DNA of 57,429 nucleotides from a virus (lineage: Duplodnaviria > Caudoviricetes): IMG/VR virus record IMGVR_UViG_3300023184_000150, positions 1 through 57,429 of that record. One strand, 5' to 3'. The position numbers and the translations under genes were made by a program. A model generated the notes under the pieces. That model saw nothing but the letters and a program-made list of their open reading frames with translations, was not told where the DNA came from and did not search any database. Below are positions 42,104 through 51,037 of this stretch, piece by piece; within the stretch, counting starts at the first letter, position 1, and each line of letters opens with the position of its first letter.

Positions 42104-42319
42104 TTAAAACTTTCCACCATCCATTTTTACTTCAATATTAGATGATGCAGCAACAATCTGATCTAATTGACCTGCTAATCGCGCCATAACTATTGATAAG
42201 CTATTTTGTAAATCAGTTGCTTCTTTTATTGTTAAAAGAACAGTTTGTTGATTGCTTTTTATAGCAATTCTAGTCTTATTTAAGAATTCTTCAATTGGAT
42301 ATGTGTTTAGTTGCATCAT
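42104..42319 (-). CDS. Hypothetical phage protein
   Basis: 71-aa ORF; ATGA overlap with the upstream gene. Confidence 0.65.
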   Translation of the reverse strand: MMQLNTYPIEEFLNKTRIAIKSNQQTVLLTIKEATDLQNSLSIVMARLAGQLDQIVAASSNIEVKMDGGKF

Positions 42320-42783
42320 AATTTGTTAATGGTATTTAAAACATTCTTCATTTCCTGCTCTGTTTTGTAGGGACCGTGAAATGGATAGCGTTCTAATGTA
42401 ATTAATTTAGGGCAAAAACTTTTAACCCATCCTTTACGAAATTGAATTACATAATATCCTGCACAATATTGACTTTTGCTCTTAGAACTTTTAGCATACA
42501 ACGGTAATTTTTTCTTTACATTATACACAGGTTCAAATGGTTTTGAGCTGCATGGGTAATTGTAAATAGTATATGTGAGCGGCTCTATTTCAAAAGTATG
42601 TTTAATACTGTTATTATCAAGAGTTTCGACTATGTCTTTATAATTTTTAATACTAATCATTTGACCTTTACGTAAGAATATATATCCTTTTTTGTTCTTA
42701 GCAATAGATCCAATCTTTTTACCTGAATCTTCAATGATCCATTCTTTATTGGGAATTAATACTTTTGAAATTACTGCATTCAT
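42316..42783 (-). CDS. Hypothetical phage protein
   Basis: 155-aa ORF with ATGA overlaps at both ends. Confidence 0.7.
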   Translation of the reverse strand: MNAVISKVLIPNKEWIIEDSGKKIGSIAKNKKGYIFLRKGQMISIKNYKDIVETLDNNSIKHTFEIEPLTYTIYNYPCSSKPFEPVYNVKKKLPLYAKSSKSKSQYCAGYYVIQFRKGWVKSFCPKLITLERYPFHGPYKTEQEMKNVLNTINKL

Positions 42784-43772
42784 GCTATATACCTCGCATT
42801 TAGTGGTTCTGCATAACTTTGCACCTGTTCGCTGATTTTGTTTAGATCATATTCAGAGCATAGTTTAAGCAATCTTACTCCAACTTGTGGAATATTTTTT
42901 TCTGCTTGTGTAGCAGTATCTATTGTTTCTTTAATTAACTCTTTAATGTTATCCGGTTGTGCTGTTAAATCGCACAGTTGTACATTACGAGTGTAATCAT
43001 CTAATACACGATGCTCGACACCTTCGTGGTCAGACCAACGTTGCAACATGAGATTGTTCCAATTATAGCCTTTGGATTCTCTGTCGGCAAAGGCATCACG
43101 GAGACCAACTTTATTCTTTGTGCCTTTCTCACGTACTCCCGGATAAGCACTAAAGATGTTGTCAGAGGTGTCTCCACGCATACACTTTTCAAAGAGTAAC
43201 CATGCTGGGTCTGGTGCGCCTTTTGGCAAATTAGTTTTTTTATCTTTAACAGGCTTACCTTTTTCATCAAAGTATCCCTCGTGTGTAGTTGTAATCTGCA
43301 TTACACCATTATATTGGCGAACATTTGGTGCAACAAGTTGTGCAAAATCTCCATCTGTTGAAATAATAATATGATTGTCAGCAGGATGACTTTGAATCCA
43401 TCCTGCAATTAAATCATCTGCTTCTAATTGCTGATGTTGTAATACTGTACAGTTAGTCTTGTTAGTAATATAATCTTTAAACTCGTCAAACGTTTCCCAA
43501 AATACACGATCTTCTTCTGCTTCTCTTGGACTTTGAGCAGCACGGGCTTCTGTACGTTGCCGTTTGTAAGGAGCATATATGTCCTTTCGCCATGATCGAC
43601 CTTCTAAAAAGAAGATAACATGATCACCTTTAAAGTCGCGCCATGCTTTACGAACACTACCCAATACAGTAGCAAGACTCATACCAATCTTATCATTTAG
43701 ATCACCGCGAGTAGCGTGTCTTGCACGGAAGAATGTATTTGCTGTATCTACTAAGATGTATGTTTTATTCAT
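42780..43772 (-). CDS. rnh: RNase H / 5'-3' exonuclease (T4 rnh, FEN family)
   Basis: ILVD, SWRK..Y..YK, EADD, STDGDFAQL, GDTSDNI. Confidence 0.9.
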   Translation of the reverse strand: MNKTYILVDTANTFFRARHATRGDLNDKIGMSLATVLGSVRKAWRDFKGDHVIFFLEGRSWRKDIYAPYKRQRTEARAAQSPREAEEDRVFWETFDEFKDYITNKTNCTVLQHQQLEADDLIAGWIQSHPADNHIIISTDGDFAQLVAPNVRQYNGVMQITTTHEGYFDEKGKPVKDKKTNLPKGAPDPAWLLFEKCMRGDTSDNIFSAYPGVREKGTKNKVGLRDAFADRESKGYNWNNLMLQRWSDHEGVEHRVLDDYTRNVQLCDLTAQPDNIKELIKETIDTATQAEKNIPQVGVRLLKLCSEYDLNKISEQVQSYAEPLNARYIA

Positions 43773-44176
43773 TAAGAAATTTCCGATCTACCGTCACCTA
43801 AATTATTAACATTAATGTAACCACTTCCTCGGCGATCCATATTAATATCTGCCTCACTCCCGATATTCCTGCATAGATCCTGAAACCATTGATCAACAAT
43901 AGATTCCTCGGTATCACCCTGATAGCCGTTACTTTTTAATTGTAACACAAAATACTCGTTCCAGTCAAGTTCAAAAAAACCATTGCGAATATTATCTTTA
44001 TTGACATGTGTATCAAGAACTGCTACCCACGGTTCTTTCTTTTCTGTAGCAATCTCTTTGGCTGTTTTCTGTTTCTTTGCTTTTGGTACTACTTCTTTAA
44101 GTTCCGGTACTAAAGGCTCCTCTACCACCGACTGCTTGTCTTTAATGCCAAATAAATTTTTAATAAATTTTTTCAT
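43772..44176 (-). CDS. Hypothetical phage protein
   Basis: MKKFIK start at 44176 avoids overlap with queE. Confidence 0.65.
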   Translation of the reverse strand: MKKFIKNLFGIKDKQSVVEEPLVPELKEVVPKAKKQKTAKEIATEKKEPWVAVLDTHVNKDNIRNGFFELDWNEYFVLQLKSNGYQGDTEESIVDQWFQDLCRNIGSEADINMDRRGSGYINVNNLGDGRSEIS

Positions 44177-44223
44177 TCTATTTTCTCTTGGTATGTATAT
44201 AACGGCTTGATCTAGGATACCCA

Positions 44224-45078
44224 TTAAGTTCCCCACTCATTTTTAAAGAGTGGTACTTGTAGTCTATCACTATATCGTAGTCCATGTTTCATTGCTAGTA
44301 ATGCTACATTACGATTGTTCATGGCATACACACTTTCAACTCCGCCTACTGGCATTAGATAAACATGTCCTGTAAATCCTGCACTACGATATGCGGCAAT
44401 GGCACACTCGGCATCAGCAAAGTCTTGTTCTGTGGCAATAACAAACTTCAAATATGCTGTGCCATATTCTTCATACTCACATACACGGTCAGGTTTAATA
44501 GCATCTTCCCACGCTTCACCACTGCATGGTAATTTAGCACTTACGCTAAATGTAACGTCTCTATAGAAGTCAATATCATCAGAATGATATTTCCATGTAT
44601 GCAAATATTGTTTAAATTCTTTTGTTAGACGAAATGTACCATTTGTCTCAAATGTAATTTCTTTAAGACCTTTCATCTTAGGATGACTTAGTAAGTCTGG
44701 ATATTGTTTTTGCCAACCTAACAATGGCTCACCCCCAGTAATAACTAGATGCTCATCACGCCATTCACCGTGTGGAAGAATTTCCATAATGCGTTCTATA
44801 ATTGCATCTGTCGTAAGCAATGGACTTAGGTCTTTAAAACGTGGATCCCAACTTGCATAACTATCACATCCTGTGCTAACTAGTGGCAACATTTTATAAT
44901 CTGTATATTTGATTGGATCTATATTATTTGCTTCTTCGCTTAGTTCACCACGTGGCATACCAAACCCTGCACATTTAAAGTTACATCCGAATGTACGTAA
45001 GAAAACAGAAGGAACACCCATATAGCGTCCTTCACCTTGAATTGAATAGAATAGTTCTGCTATTTTGATTTTTGACAT
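44224..45078 (-). CDS. queE: 7-carboxy-7-deazaguanine synthase QueE-like radical SAM enzyme
   Basis: IAELFYSIQGEG, VFLRTFGCNFKC...CDS, VITGGEP, FETNGT, SAKL, LKFVI, YLMP, RLQ. Confidence 0.85.
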   Translation of the reverse strand: MSKIKIAELFYSIQGEGRYMGVPSVFLRTFGCNFKCAGFGMPRGELSEEANNIDPIKYTDYKMLPLVSTGCDSYASWDPRFKDLSPLLTTDAIIERIMEILPHGEWRDEHLVITGGEPLLGWQKQYPDLLSHPKMKGLKEITFETNGTFRLTKEFKQYLHTWKYHSDDIDFYRDVTFSVSAKLPCSGEAWEDAIKPDRVCEYEEYGTAYLKFVIATEQDFADAECAIAAYRSAGFTGHVYLMPVGGVESVYAMNNRNVALLAMKHGLRYSDRLQVPLFKNEWGT

Positions 45079-45096
45079 ATTAAACCTCGATAAGTA

Positions 45097-45124
45097 ATTA
45101 TATACTTTTATTTAGAAAAGTCAA
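45097..45124 (-). promoter_or_regulatory. Sigma70-type promoter for queE
   Basis: TTGACT-16-TATAAT; GAGG RBS. Confidence 0.5.
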
Positions 45125-45140
45125 CCCTATTGAATAAAAT

Positions 45141-46067
45141 ATGCGAACAGAAATAATATGGAATTTACACGATCATTGTAAATCACAATGCACATACTGC
45201 CCTACTAGATTTTGGGGAGGAGAAACCCCCCATCATATATCTGAATATTTAGAAATTACACAAAAAATAATAGATCATTATACATCGTTGGGTAGAAAAA
45301 TTGATTGGACATTTAACGGCGGCGAACCTTTAGACATGTTTGATTTTCCTATGCTATTAAAATTATGTAAAGAACATGATGGCACAATTAGTTTAAACTC
45401 CAACGGAGGTAGAATGTGGCTTGATTGGTGGGCCATTGAACCACACATTGATAATCTTAATCTTACATATCACTATTGGCAAAAACCTGCACTTATTAAA
45501 TTTATTTTAGATACATTTAAAAATAAGGACAAGCATGTGAATATAAATGTACCAATTCGTCCAGATTATTTTGAAGAAGATATGCAAAGAGCATTAGATG
45601 TAGAAGCCAACCATGAAATAACTGTTGGAAAATCAGTACTATATAACGAAGCAGATACAGCGGCTGGGATGTTTCAATACACCCCTAAACAATTAGCAAT
45701 AATATCAGGAGTTGAGTTTATTGAACCTTCTATCATTACAGAAATAGAAAAAGAAGAAGAAATTAAAAAGATAGAAATTATTCCGTTAGTAATTGAACAG
45801 AAACATTTTAAAACTACTACATTTAAAGAAAGATTTGAAGAAAAACTGGCCGCAAATTTAGGATATACAGGTATGCTATGTAACTCAGGAATTGAATATC
45901 TTAGTATATCTCATAATGGATGGGCAACCGGCAGTAATTGCAATAATAGACCACTAGGCAATATATGGGATGTTAATTTTTTATTACCTAGTAATGCTCA
46001 TACCTGCACAATGATGCATTGCATATCTCCGAGAGATCAACAAATTACTAAATTTAAATCTACTTAA
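45141..46067 (+). CDS. Radical SAM protein with C-terminal twitch/SPASM-like Cys cluster
   Basis: CKSQCTYC (CX3CX2C), FNGGEP, SNG; C-terminal CNSG...SNC...LGNI...CTMMHC. Confidence 0.8.
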   Translation: MRTEIIWNLHDHCKSQCTYCPTRFWGGETPHHISEYLEITQKIIDHYTSLGRKIDWTFNGGEPLDMFDFPMLLKLCKEHDGTISLNSNGGRMWLDWWAIEPHIDNLNLTYHYWQKPALIKFILDTFKNKDKHVNINVPIRPDYFEEDMQRALDVEANHEITVGKSVLYNEADTAAGMFQYTPKQLAIISGVEFIEPSIITEIEKEEEIKKIEIIPLVIEQKHFKTTTFKERFEEKLAANLGYTGMLCNSGIEYLSISHNGWATGSNCNNRPLGNIWDVNFLLPSNAHTCTMMHCISPRDQQITKFKST

Positions 46068-47130
46068 AATTTTCTAGTAATTTATTTGCACTAAAAAAAT
46101 TAGTAGTCAAATCTCTAGTTTGTGCTAATAATTTAGGAAGACGTGTCTCATAGTGATCCATATGCTGACAAATAGCGAAACATAGATTAGGTCTATGATT
46201 CTTATACGCTTCAAAACTTTCAGTCCATTTGCTAGGATATTTAAATGTGTCATAATACATCTCAGTATAACTTAAACGATCGGGAACTAATGGAATAGCA
46301 CCTACTAATGCACCTTCATAACAACTGATGCCAAGTGTTTCTTGTAGATTGGCACTGAACACCATTTTTGCTTCACCTAACAAATTATGATATTCATTCT
46401 TTGTTAGTTCTTGATCTTGACAAACTACAAATTCGTATTGTGGCAACTGTTCTTTTAAATCACGGAAGATCTCGACTTGCTTCTCAGGTGCAATACGATG
46501 CGGGAACAAAATAAGATCACGCTTTTTCATGCCCTTGTATAAGTTTAAAGTATTATCCATATACTCCATCGGCCAACCAGTGCGTACAATTTTACCTTGT
46601 TCGATCATGGACATCTTCCATTCTTCATCTAATGTTTCGCTAAACGTTTTAGCAAACAGGTCAATATGAAAGTCTGTAGCAAAGTAGTTGTGATCGATGG
46701 CGTGGAAGTAACTTTGTTCAGCGTGTCTTACCCAGGGAGCATCACCAATGAGACGTCCTAAAAAGTCTTGAGGGTCATAACTACCAGCATGCCATAATCC
46801 ATGTATAGTTACAGGAATGCCGAGAAGTCTGGCCATGTACTTGAGATTGATGACACCAGGGTGCCAAGCATCAGTAAATACAAAATGATCACCTGGGCGA
46901 ACGGCTCCGTTGCAAAATAGCCGGCCCATCTGCTCAACCTGACTAGCCTTGTATATATTAGTTCCGCCAAAATTAAGAAAAGCACCAGGGGTAGTAGCAG
47001 CAGGGATATCAGTAGGTCCAGAAATAACTTGAACATTGTGTCCAGCCTTTCGTAAGAGATTAGGTACATGGTCTTTCCATTGACCAGTGTACCTTGTCGA
47101 GACTGCTTCAATATCGACTACGTAGATCAT
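46060..47130 (-). CDS. GT-B (GT4-like) glycosyltransferase
   Basis: FPHRIAPEKQ and EX7E motif ETLGISCYE followed by GAIPLVPDRLSYTE. Start moved to MIYVVD at 47130. Confidence 0.8.
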   Translation of the reverse strand: MIYVVDIEAVSTRYTGQWKDHVPNLLRKAGHNVQVISGPTDIPAATTPGAFLNFGGTNIYKASQVEQMGRLFCNGAVRPGDHFVFTDAWHPGVINLKYMARLLGIPVTIHGLWHAGSYDPQDFLGRLIGDAPWVRHAEQSYFHAIDHNYFATDFHIDLFAKTFSETLDEEWKMSMIEQGKIVRTGWPMEYMDNTLNLYKGMKKRDLILFPHRIAPEKQVEIFRDLKEQLPQYEFVVCQDQELTKNEYHNLLGEAKMVFSANLQETLGISCYEGALVGAIPLVPDRLSYTEMYYDTFKYPSKWTESFEAYKNHRPNLCFAICQHMDHYETRLPKLLAQTRDLTTNFFSANKLLENFK

Positions 47131-47131
47131 A

Positions 47132-47368
47132 TCAACGTTGATTGTATGGACGAGGGTTATTCCCCTTGTACTCAGTACGTGGCCTACGTTCTCCACCGTT
47201 ACTCCAACGTTGGAAGTTACGGTATTCTTGACTACGATATAGATCGCCTTCATTAAATGGTAGAAGATTAAACCTGCAATGATCTAACCAAGCCTCAAGA
47301 TCATCAAAGATCTTAGATACTTCTGGTTTCATTTTAAGAGTTTTTTGAATGTAAGCGGGTTGCGCCAT
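47132..47368 (-). CDS. Hypothetical phage protein
   Basis: 78-aa ORF with AGGA RBS; fills the gap before the glycosyltransferase. Confidence 0.7.
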   Translation of the reverse strand: MAQPAYIQKTLKMKPEVSKIFDDLEAWLDHCRFNLLPFNEGDLYRSQEYRNFQRWSNGGERRPRTEYKGNNPRPYNQR

Positions 47369-47384
47369 TTTAAGTTTTTCCTAT

Positions 47385-47768
47385 TTAAAGGGAGTTGTTG
47401 AAAAGAAGTGAAGCGCCGTTTTCGCCGTCTTCACTTACATCGATAATGGTCTTACGACCGGGGTACCTTGTAGTAATTGTCGTGTTAAGATCACGAGCAA
47501 TCATTTCACAAGATTTGTGGTTGAGTTCAAGAATGCCATCATTGTAGCACTTCTCAAGCCAACGCTTAAACTGAATAAATTCAATATCGCGGTCATCTTG
47601 AAAGACCTCAATAAAAACTTTAAAGTGGAAAATATGTCGATGTGGTGTTCCAAGGAAACTAACATCATATTCATCGCCTGTGGCCAACTTAGGATCAGTT
47701 GCGGCTGCGGGATACATATGGATACCTTCTTTACGGAAGGTAACCCAAATCATTGATTGATCGTTCAT
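47385..47768 (-). CDS. QueD-like (6-pyruvoyl-tetrahydropterin synthase / T-fold) protein
   Basis: EGIH, HRHIFHF His cluster, DRDIEFI..K, SCEMIA, VSEDGENG fit the T-fold pattern; context of queE and tgt. Confidence 0.6.
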   Translation of the reverse strand: MNDQSMIWVTFRKEGIHMYPAAATDPKLATGDEYDVSFLGTPHRHIFHFKVFIEVFQDDRDIEFIQFKRWLEKCYNDGILELNHKSCEMIARDLNTTITTRYPGRKTIIDVSEDGENGASLLFNNSL

Positions 47769-47947
47769 TCTGATGTTTTCTTAGCTACAGTTTTTAGAGG
47801 TTTAGGAGTCTTAGTCTTTTCAGGAAGATTATCTTTCATCATATTCATCATTTCCCAAAGTTTCCAATCCATGCTTTCAAGCAATTTGAATAGACGTTCT
47901 TCTGTAGTTTCTTGTTTTGCTTGTTTAGTTAGCTTTGCATTAATCAT
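47765..47947 (-). CDS. Hypothetical small protein
   Basis: 60-aa ORF with GAGG RBS and ATGA overlaps. Confidence 0.55.
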   Translation of the reverse strand: MINAKLTKQAKQETTEERLFKLLESMDWKLWEMMNMMKDNLPEKTKTPKPLKTVAKKTSE

Positions 47948-48456
47948 TTTATTACCTCATCGTTTTTGTATTGATTCCAGTCTGTAAATTTACTACGATC
48001 CATAAGTGTATGCAGACTGTGGGACCATACACCGGGATTAGTTGCTTTAAAATCTTTATCATCAATTTTAATCATTGTGTTGTAATTCCACAATTTAATA
48101 TAAGGAAGTGGTATACGAATTTGTGGAATAAAATTGTTAAATTCATTACAACCGTTTTCTAGAAATTCTTCTGCTAAGTTGATTGGAATATCAAGACTGC
48201 ATATATATTCTTTTTTTAGAAAGAACTCAATCATTGAGTCCCAACTTCTCCACTCATCATAGTTTGTGGGATTAAAACTATGATTAGCACCAAAGAAGAT
48301 ATGCTCCGCACCATTTAAGTTTTTAGCAATATCTTCAAAAGATTGAAGACCTGTAACAAATAATGTTTTCATTCCAAATGCAGGAGTATGCTCAACCTCT
48401 GTTCCAATAAAAAATTGAGCAGTATCTGATTCGCCAGTTATATAATTACGTTTCAT
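47944..48456 (-). CDS. Hypothetical protein in the deazaguanine cluster
   Basis: 170 aa with motif-like segments FFIGTEVEHTP, HIFFGANHSF, KIDD.DF..TNPGVW. Confidence 0.7.
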   Translation of the reverse strand: MKRNYITGESDTAQFFIGTEVEHTPAFGMKTLFVTGLQSFEDIAKNLNGAEHIFFGANHSFNPTNYDEWRSWDSMIEFFLKKEYICSLDIPINLAEEFLENGCNEFNNFIPQIRIPLPYIKLWNYNTMIKIDDKDFKATNPGVWSHSLHTLMDRSKFTDWNQYKNDEVIK

Positions 48457-48462
48457 AATATT

Positions 48463-48491
48463 AGTATAGCAGAATTATTATTCAAATGCAA
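48463..48491 (-). promoter_or_regulatory. Sigma70-type promoter
   Basis: TTGCAT-17-TATACT with TG extension. Confidence 0.6.
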
Positions 48492-48495
48492 TAGC

Positions 48496-50040
48496 TTATT
48501 CAGCCAATCTGTTTTCAAGTGCTCTATATTTTGGATCTTCAACATCTTCTGTATCTACTTCTAATGAAGTTGTAATATTTTCAATTTCAAACAAATTGTT
48601 AAATGTGTTTTGAGCAGGACCACCTTGCATTCTAGAACCTTCGAGACTTCTTAAGAAATTTAATCCTTCTTCGATCATTTTAAATGCTTCTACTTTTGAT
48701 TTAGTGTTAAACAATTCTTCAACAAATCGATCAAAGTAAAGAATATTACGTGGTACCCAATCGCTATATTGATCACCTGCAATATCTTTAGAACTAAGTT
48801 TATTCCAATGTCTCCAGTCTGGTTTAAATCTAGTAGTTTCAATATCTGCTAACTGATTAGCACGTTGTACAGCAACAATGTGGCATTCAACATTATGACC
48901 CATCATTAGGGCATAAGCAAAACTATCCCATGATGTTTTACCTTCTTTCTTAATCTTGTTCAACATGCCAGGAGCATAGTGACAAATATCGCCCATTGTT
49001 AATCTGCGACCGAATTCGCTTTCGAATGGGAATGGTATGTCTGATTCTGCAAGTGCTTTGTTGTCTGGGGCTTTGTCCATAATAACACTCCACCTTTTTG
49101 TGGTGTGTTGTGCATTGGTATAGACAAGTCCGTGCGCTGTTGCGATAAACGGTGAGGCGCAGTCAAAAGATACGGTAAAGTTTTCATTGATATGTTTTCT
49201 GATTTGTCGTTGTATTGAAGTCAAATATACAGCCCAATCTAATTGTGCTGTGCCTAGGAAGTGCATCCAGTCTTTACCATTAAGCAAACCTTCGTCTCTA
49301 AGAGTCATTAGTCGCTTTAAAGTAATATCCATCTTGCACATATTAGCGCCACCCATGGCCCAACCTTCTGCGGCTTTATCGCCCCATACTGCTGGATCGC
49401 TAAATTCTTTTACTCCATTATACCACTTCTCAGCAGTATCCCAATCGTTACCTTGGAGAACATTTAAAAACTTTGTAAGTCCTTGCCTATTATCTAGGAA
49501 GAACTTGTTGTTATATTTTGTTTTATTTAAACAGTCATCGAATGTTTTCAAGCCAGTCTTAGGACTGTGAATATGATCACATGCCCAAGTAGGAACGTCT
49601 AACATCATTGACCAATCGGCGGTTAGTTCAAGCCAATCTAAAATTTGTTTTCGAGTTTTAGTTGCGGCAGGACCTTCAAAGTTTAACCAATCAAATTTAA
49701 GAACACCTTTACCAATTTGATATCCACCTGAGTCACCTAAGATCATAGTGTTGTTTCGATCTCGTTGTTGTATCATTGATTCTTGAATAACACTTTTATT
49801 AAGATCTAATTGTGCATGACCTGCTGAATACAAACCATATTTGTATGTGAAATATCCATCTTCGGGATTTAAAAAATTCATACCTTCAATACCACGATCA
49901 AATCCTTTAGGAATACGATCATCAGGTATGAATTTTTCTAATCTTTGTTTAGCGATGTATGTACTATAAAAAGAACTAATTGCTGGCAAATATACTGCAT
50001 AGTCTTTTTGTAGTGGTGTTAGATTAAGGTGTCTTTTCAT
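48496..50040 (-). CDS. dpdA: TGT-fold guanine transglycosylase (DpdA2-like)
   Basis: GDSGGYQ catalytic Asp motif, MMLDVP, NVLQG, GWAMGG, HFLG, SFDCASP, HN near the C-terminus; no Cys zinc motif of the bacterial tRNA TGT visible. Confidence 0.8.
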   Translation of the reverse strand: MKRHLNLTPLQKDYAVYLPAISSFYSTYIAKQRLEKFIPDDRIPKGFDRGIEGMNFLNPEDGYFTYKYGLYSAGHAQLDLNKSVIQESMIQQRDRNNTMILGDSGGYQIGKGVLKFDWLNFEGPAATKTRKQILDWLELTADWSMMLDVPTWACDHIHSPKTGLKTFDDCLNKTKYNNKFFLDNRQGLTKFLNVLQGNDWDTAEKWYNGVKEFSDPAVWGDKAAEGWAMGGANMCKMDITLKRLMTLRDEGLLNGKDWMHFLGTAQLDWAVYLTSIQRQIRKHINENFTVSFDCASPFIATAHGLVYTNAQHTTKRWSVIMDKAPDNKALAESDIPFPFESEFGRRLTMGDICHYAPGMLNKIKKEGKTSWDSFAYALMMGHNVECHIVAVQRANQLADIETTRFKPDWRHWNKLSSKDIAGDQYSDWVPRNILYFDRFVEELFNTKSKVEAFKMIEEGLNFLRSLEGSRMQGGPAQNTFNNLFEIENITTSLEVDTEDVEDPKYRALENRLAE

Positions 50041-50043
50041 ATT

Positions 50044-51021
50044 TTATTTAATTTTGTCATACCAGTATTTTAGCATATCAGACAACGTTTGGTCTATATT
50101 AATGGTTGGTTTCCATTTTGTTAAATTAACTAAATCAAAAGAATCACCATGCTGATAATGAATATCAATAGGGCGATAAAAATTAGGATTTATTTCTTGC
50201 TTAACGTCTTTAACTCCACTTATTTCGATTAGTTTAGTTGTAAAATATTGCATTTTTTGTGGTTCATCTCCACACACATTAAAAATATTACCATTTACAT
50301 TTTCGTTAATCATTGAAAGATAGTATGCATTTACTGTATCTCTAACATCAAGGACAACTCTTACACTTTCTAAATTACCAACCTGCAATATAGGTTCTTG
50401 ATATCCTTTCATCATACGGGCAATTTGATATGCATCAGATGAGATTGAAAAATTCTTACCTCTTCTTGGGCCTGTATGAGAAAATGCACGGGTAATAAAA
50501 CCTTTAATTTTACCATTGACCATTCGTTCTTGCATATAAAGGTCAGTTGCTGCTTTTGATGCTCCGTAGGGATTTGAAGGTAAAATTGCATCATTAATTG
50601 TAATTTTACGTCCGTCTATCCCAATATTTCCATATACTTCTGACGTAGAACAAAACATTAATTTACAATCTGGTTGATAATCAGATATAACTTGTATTAA
50701 ATTAGCAGACCCTATAATGTTATCTTCAAAAGTACCAATTGGATCAATAAAACTTGATGGAGGATGCGACTGTGCCGCAAGATGAAATACACCATCGAAT
50801 TTATATTTTTTAAAAATTTGTTCTAAAACACGAAGATTATTTAGATTTGAATATAAAAATTTAATATCTTTATAAACATTATCCGGAACAATGTCTTGTA
50901 TGTCCGTCTCCATACCATTAGTACCTCGTATTAATCCATATACGTTATGTCCATTAGCATGTAATAAGTTTGCAAGATGAGGTCCTGCGAAGCCTGTTAT
51001 ACCTGTAATCAAAAAATTCAT
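50044..51021 (-). CDS. gmd: GDP-mannose 4,6-dehydratase-like extended SDR
   Basis: LITGITGFAG, HLAAQSH..SSF, STSEVYG, PYGASK, RAFSHTGPRR, GNL..VR..LD, YRP.D. Confidence 0.75.
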   Translation of the reverse strand: MNFLITGITGFAGPHLANLLHANGHNVYGLIRGTNGMETDIQDIVPDNVYKDIKFLYSNLNNLRVLEQIFKKYKFDGVFHLAAQSHPPSSFIDPIGTFEDNIIGSANLIQVISDYQPDCKLMFCSTSEVYGNIGIDGRKITINDAILPSNPYGASKAATDLYMQERMVNGKIKGFITRAFSHTGPRRGKNFSISSDAYQIARMMKGYQEPILQVGNLESVRVVLDVRDTVNAYYLSMINENVNGNIFNVCGDEPQKMQYFTTKLIEISGVKDVKQEINPNFYRPIDIHYQHGDSFDLVNLTKWKPTINIDQTLSDMLKYWYDKIK

Positions 51022-51037
51022 ATTTTACCTCGTTAAA

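Noticed and set aside
44224-45078. NrdG anaerobic RNR activase
   Set aside because: The SIQGEG, CDS and ETNGT motifs and the QueD/TGT neighbours fit QueE; no nrdD in the window.
47131-47253. N-terminal extension of the glycosyltransferase ORF as given in the ORF track
   Set aside because: It overlaps the 78-aa upstream gene; ATG 47130 directly follows that gene's stop.
48496-50040. Canonical bacterial tRNA-guanine transglycosylase (tgt)
   Set aside because: It is longer, lacks the C-terminal Cys zinc site and sits in a DNA replication context, so DpdA2-like is preferred. A tRNA substrate is not excluded.
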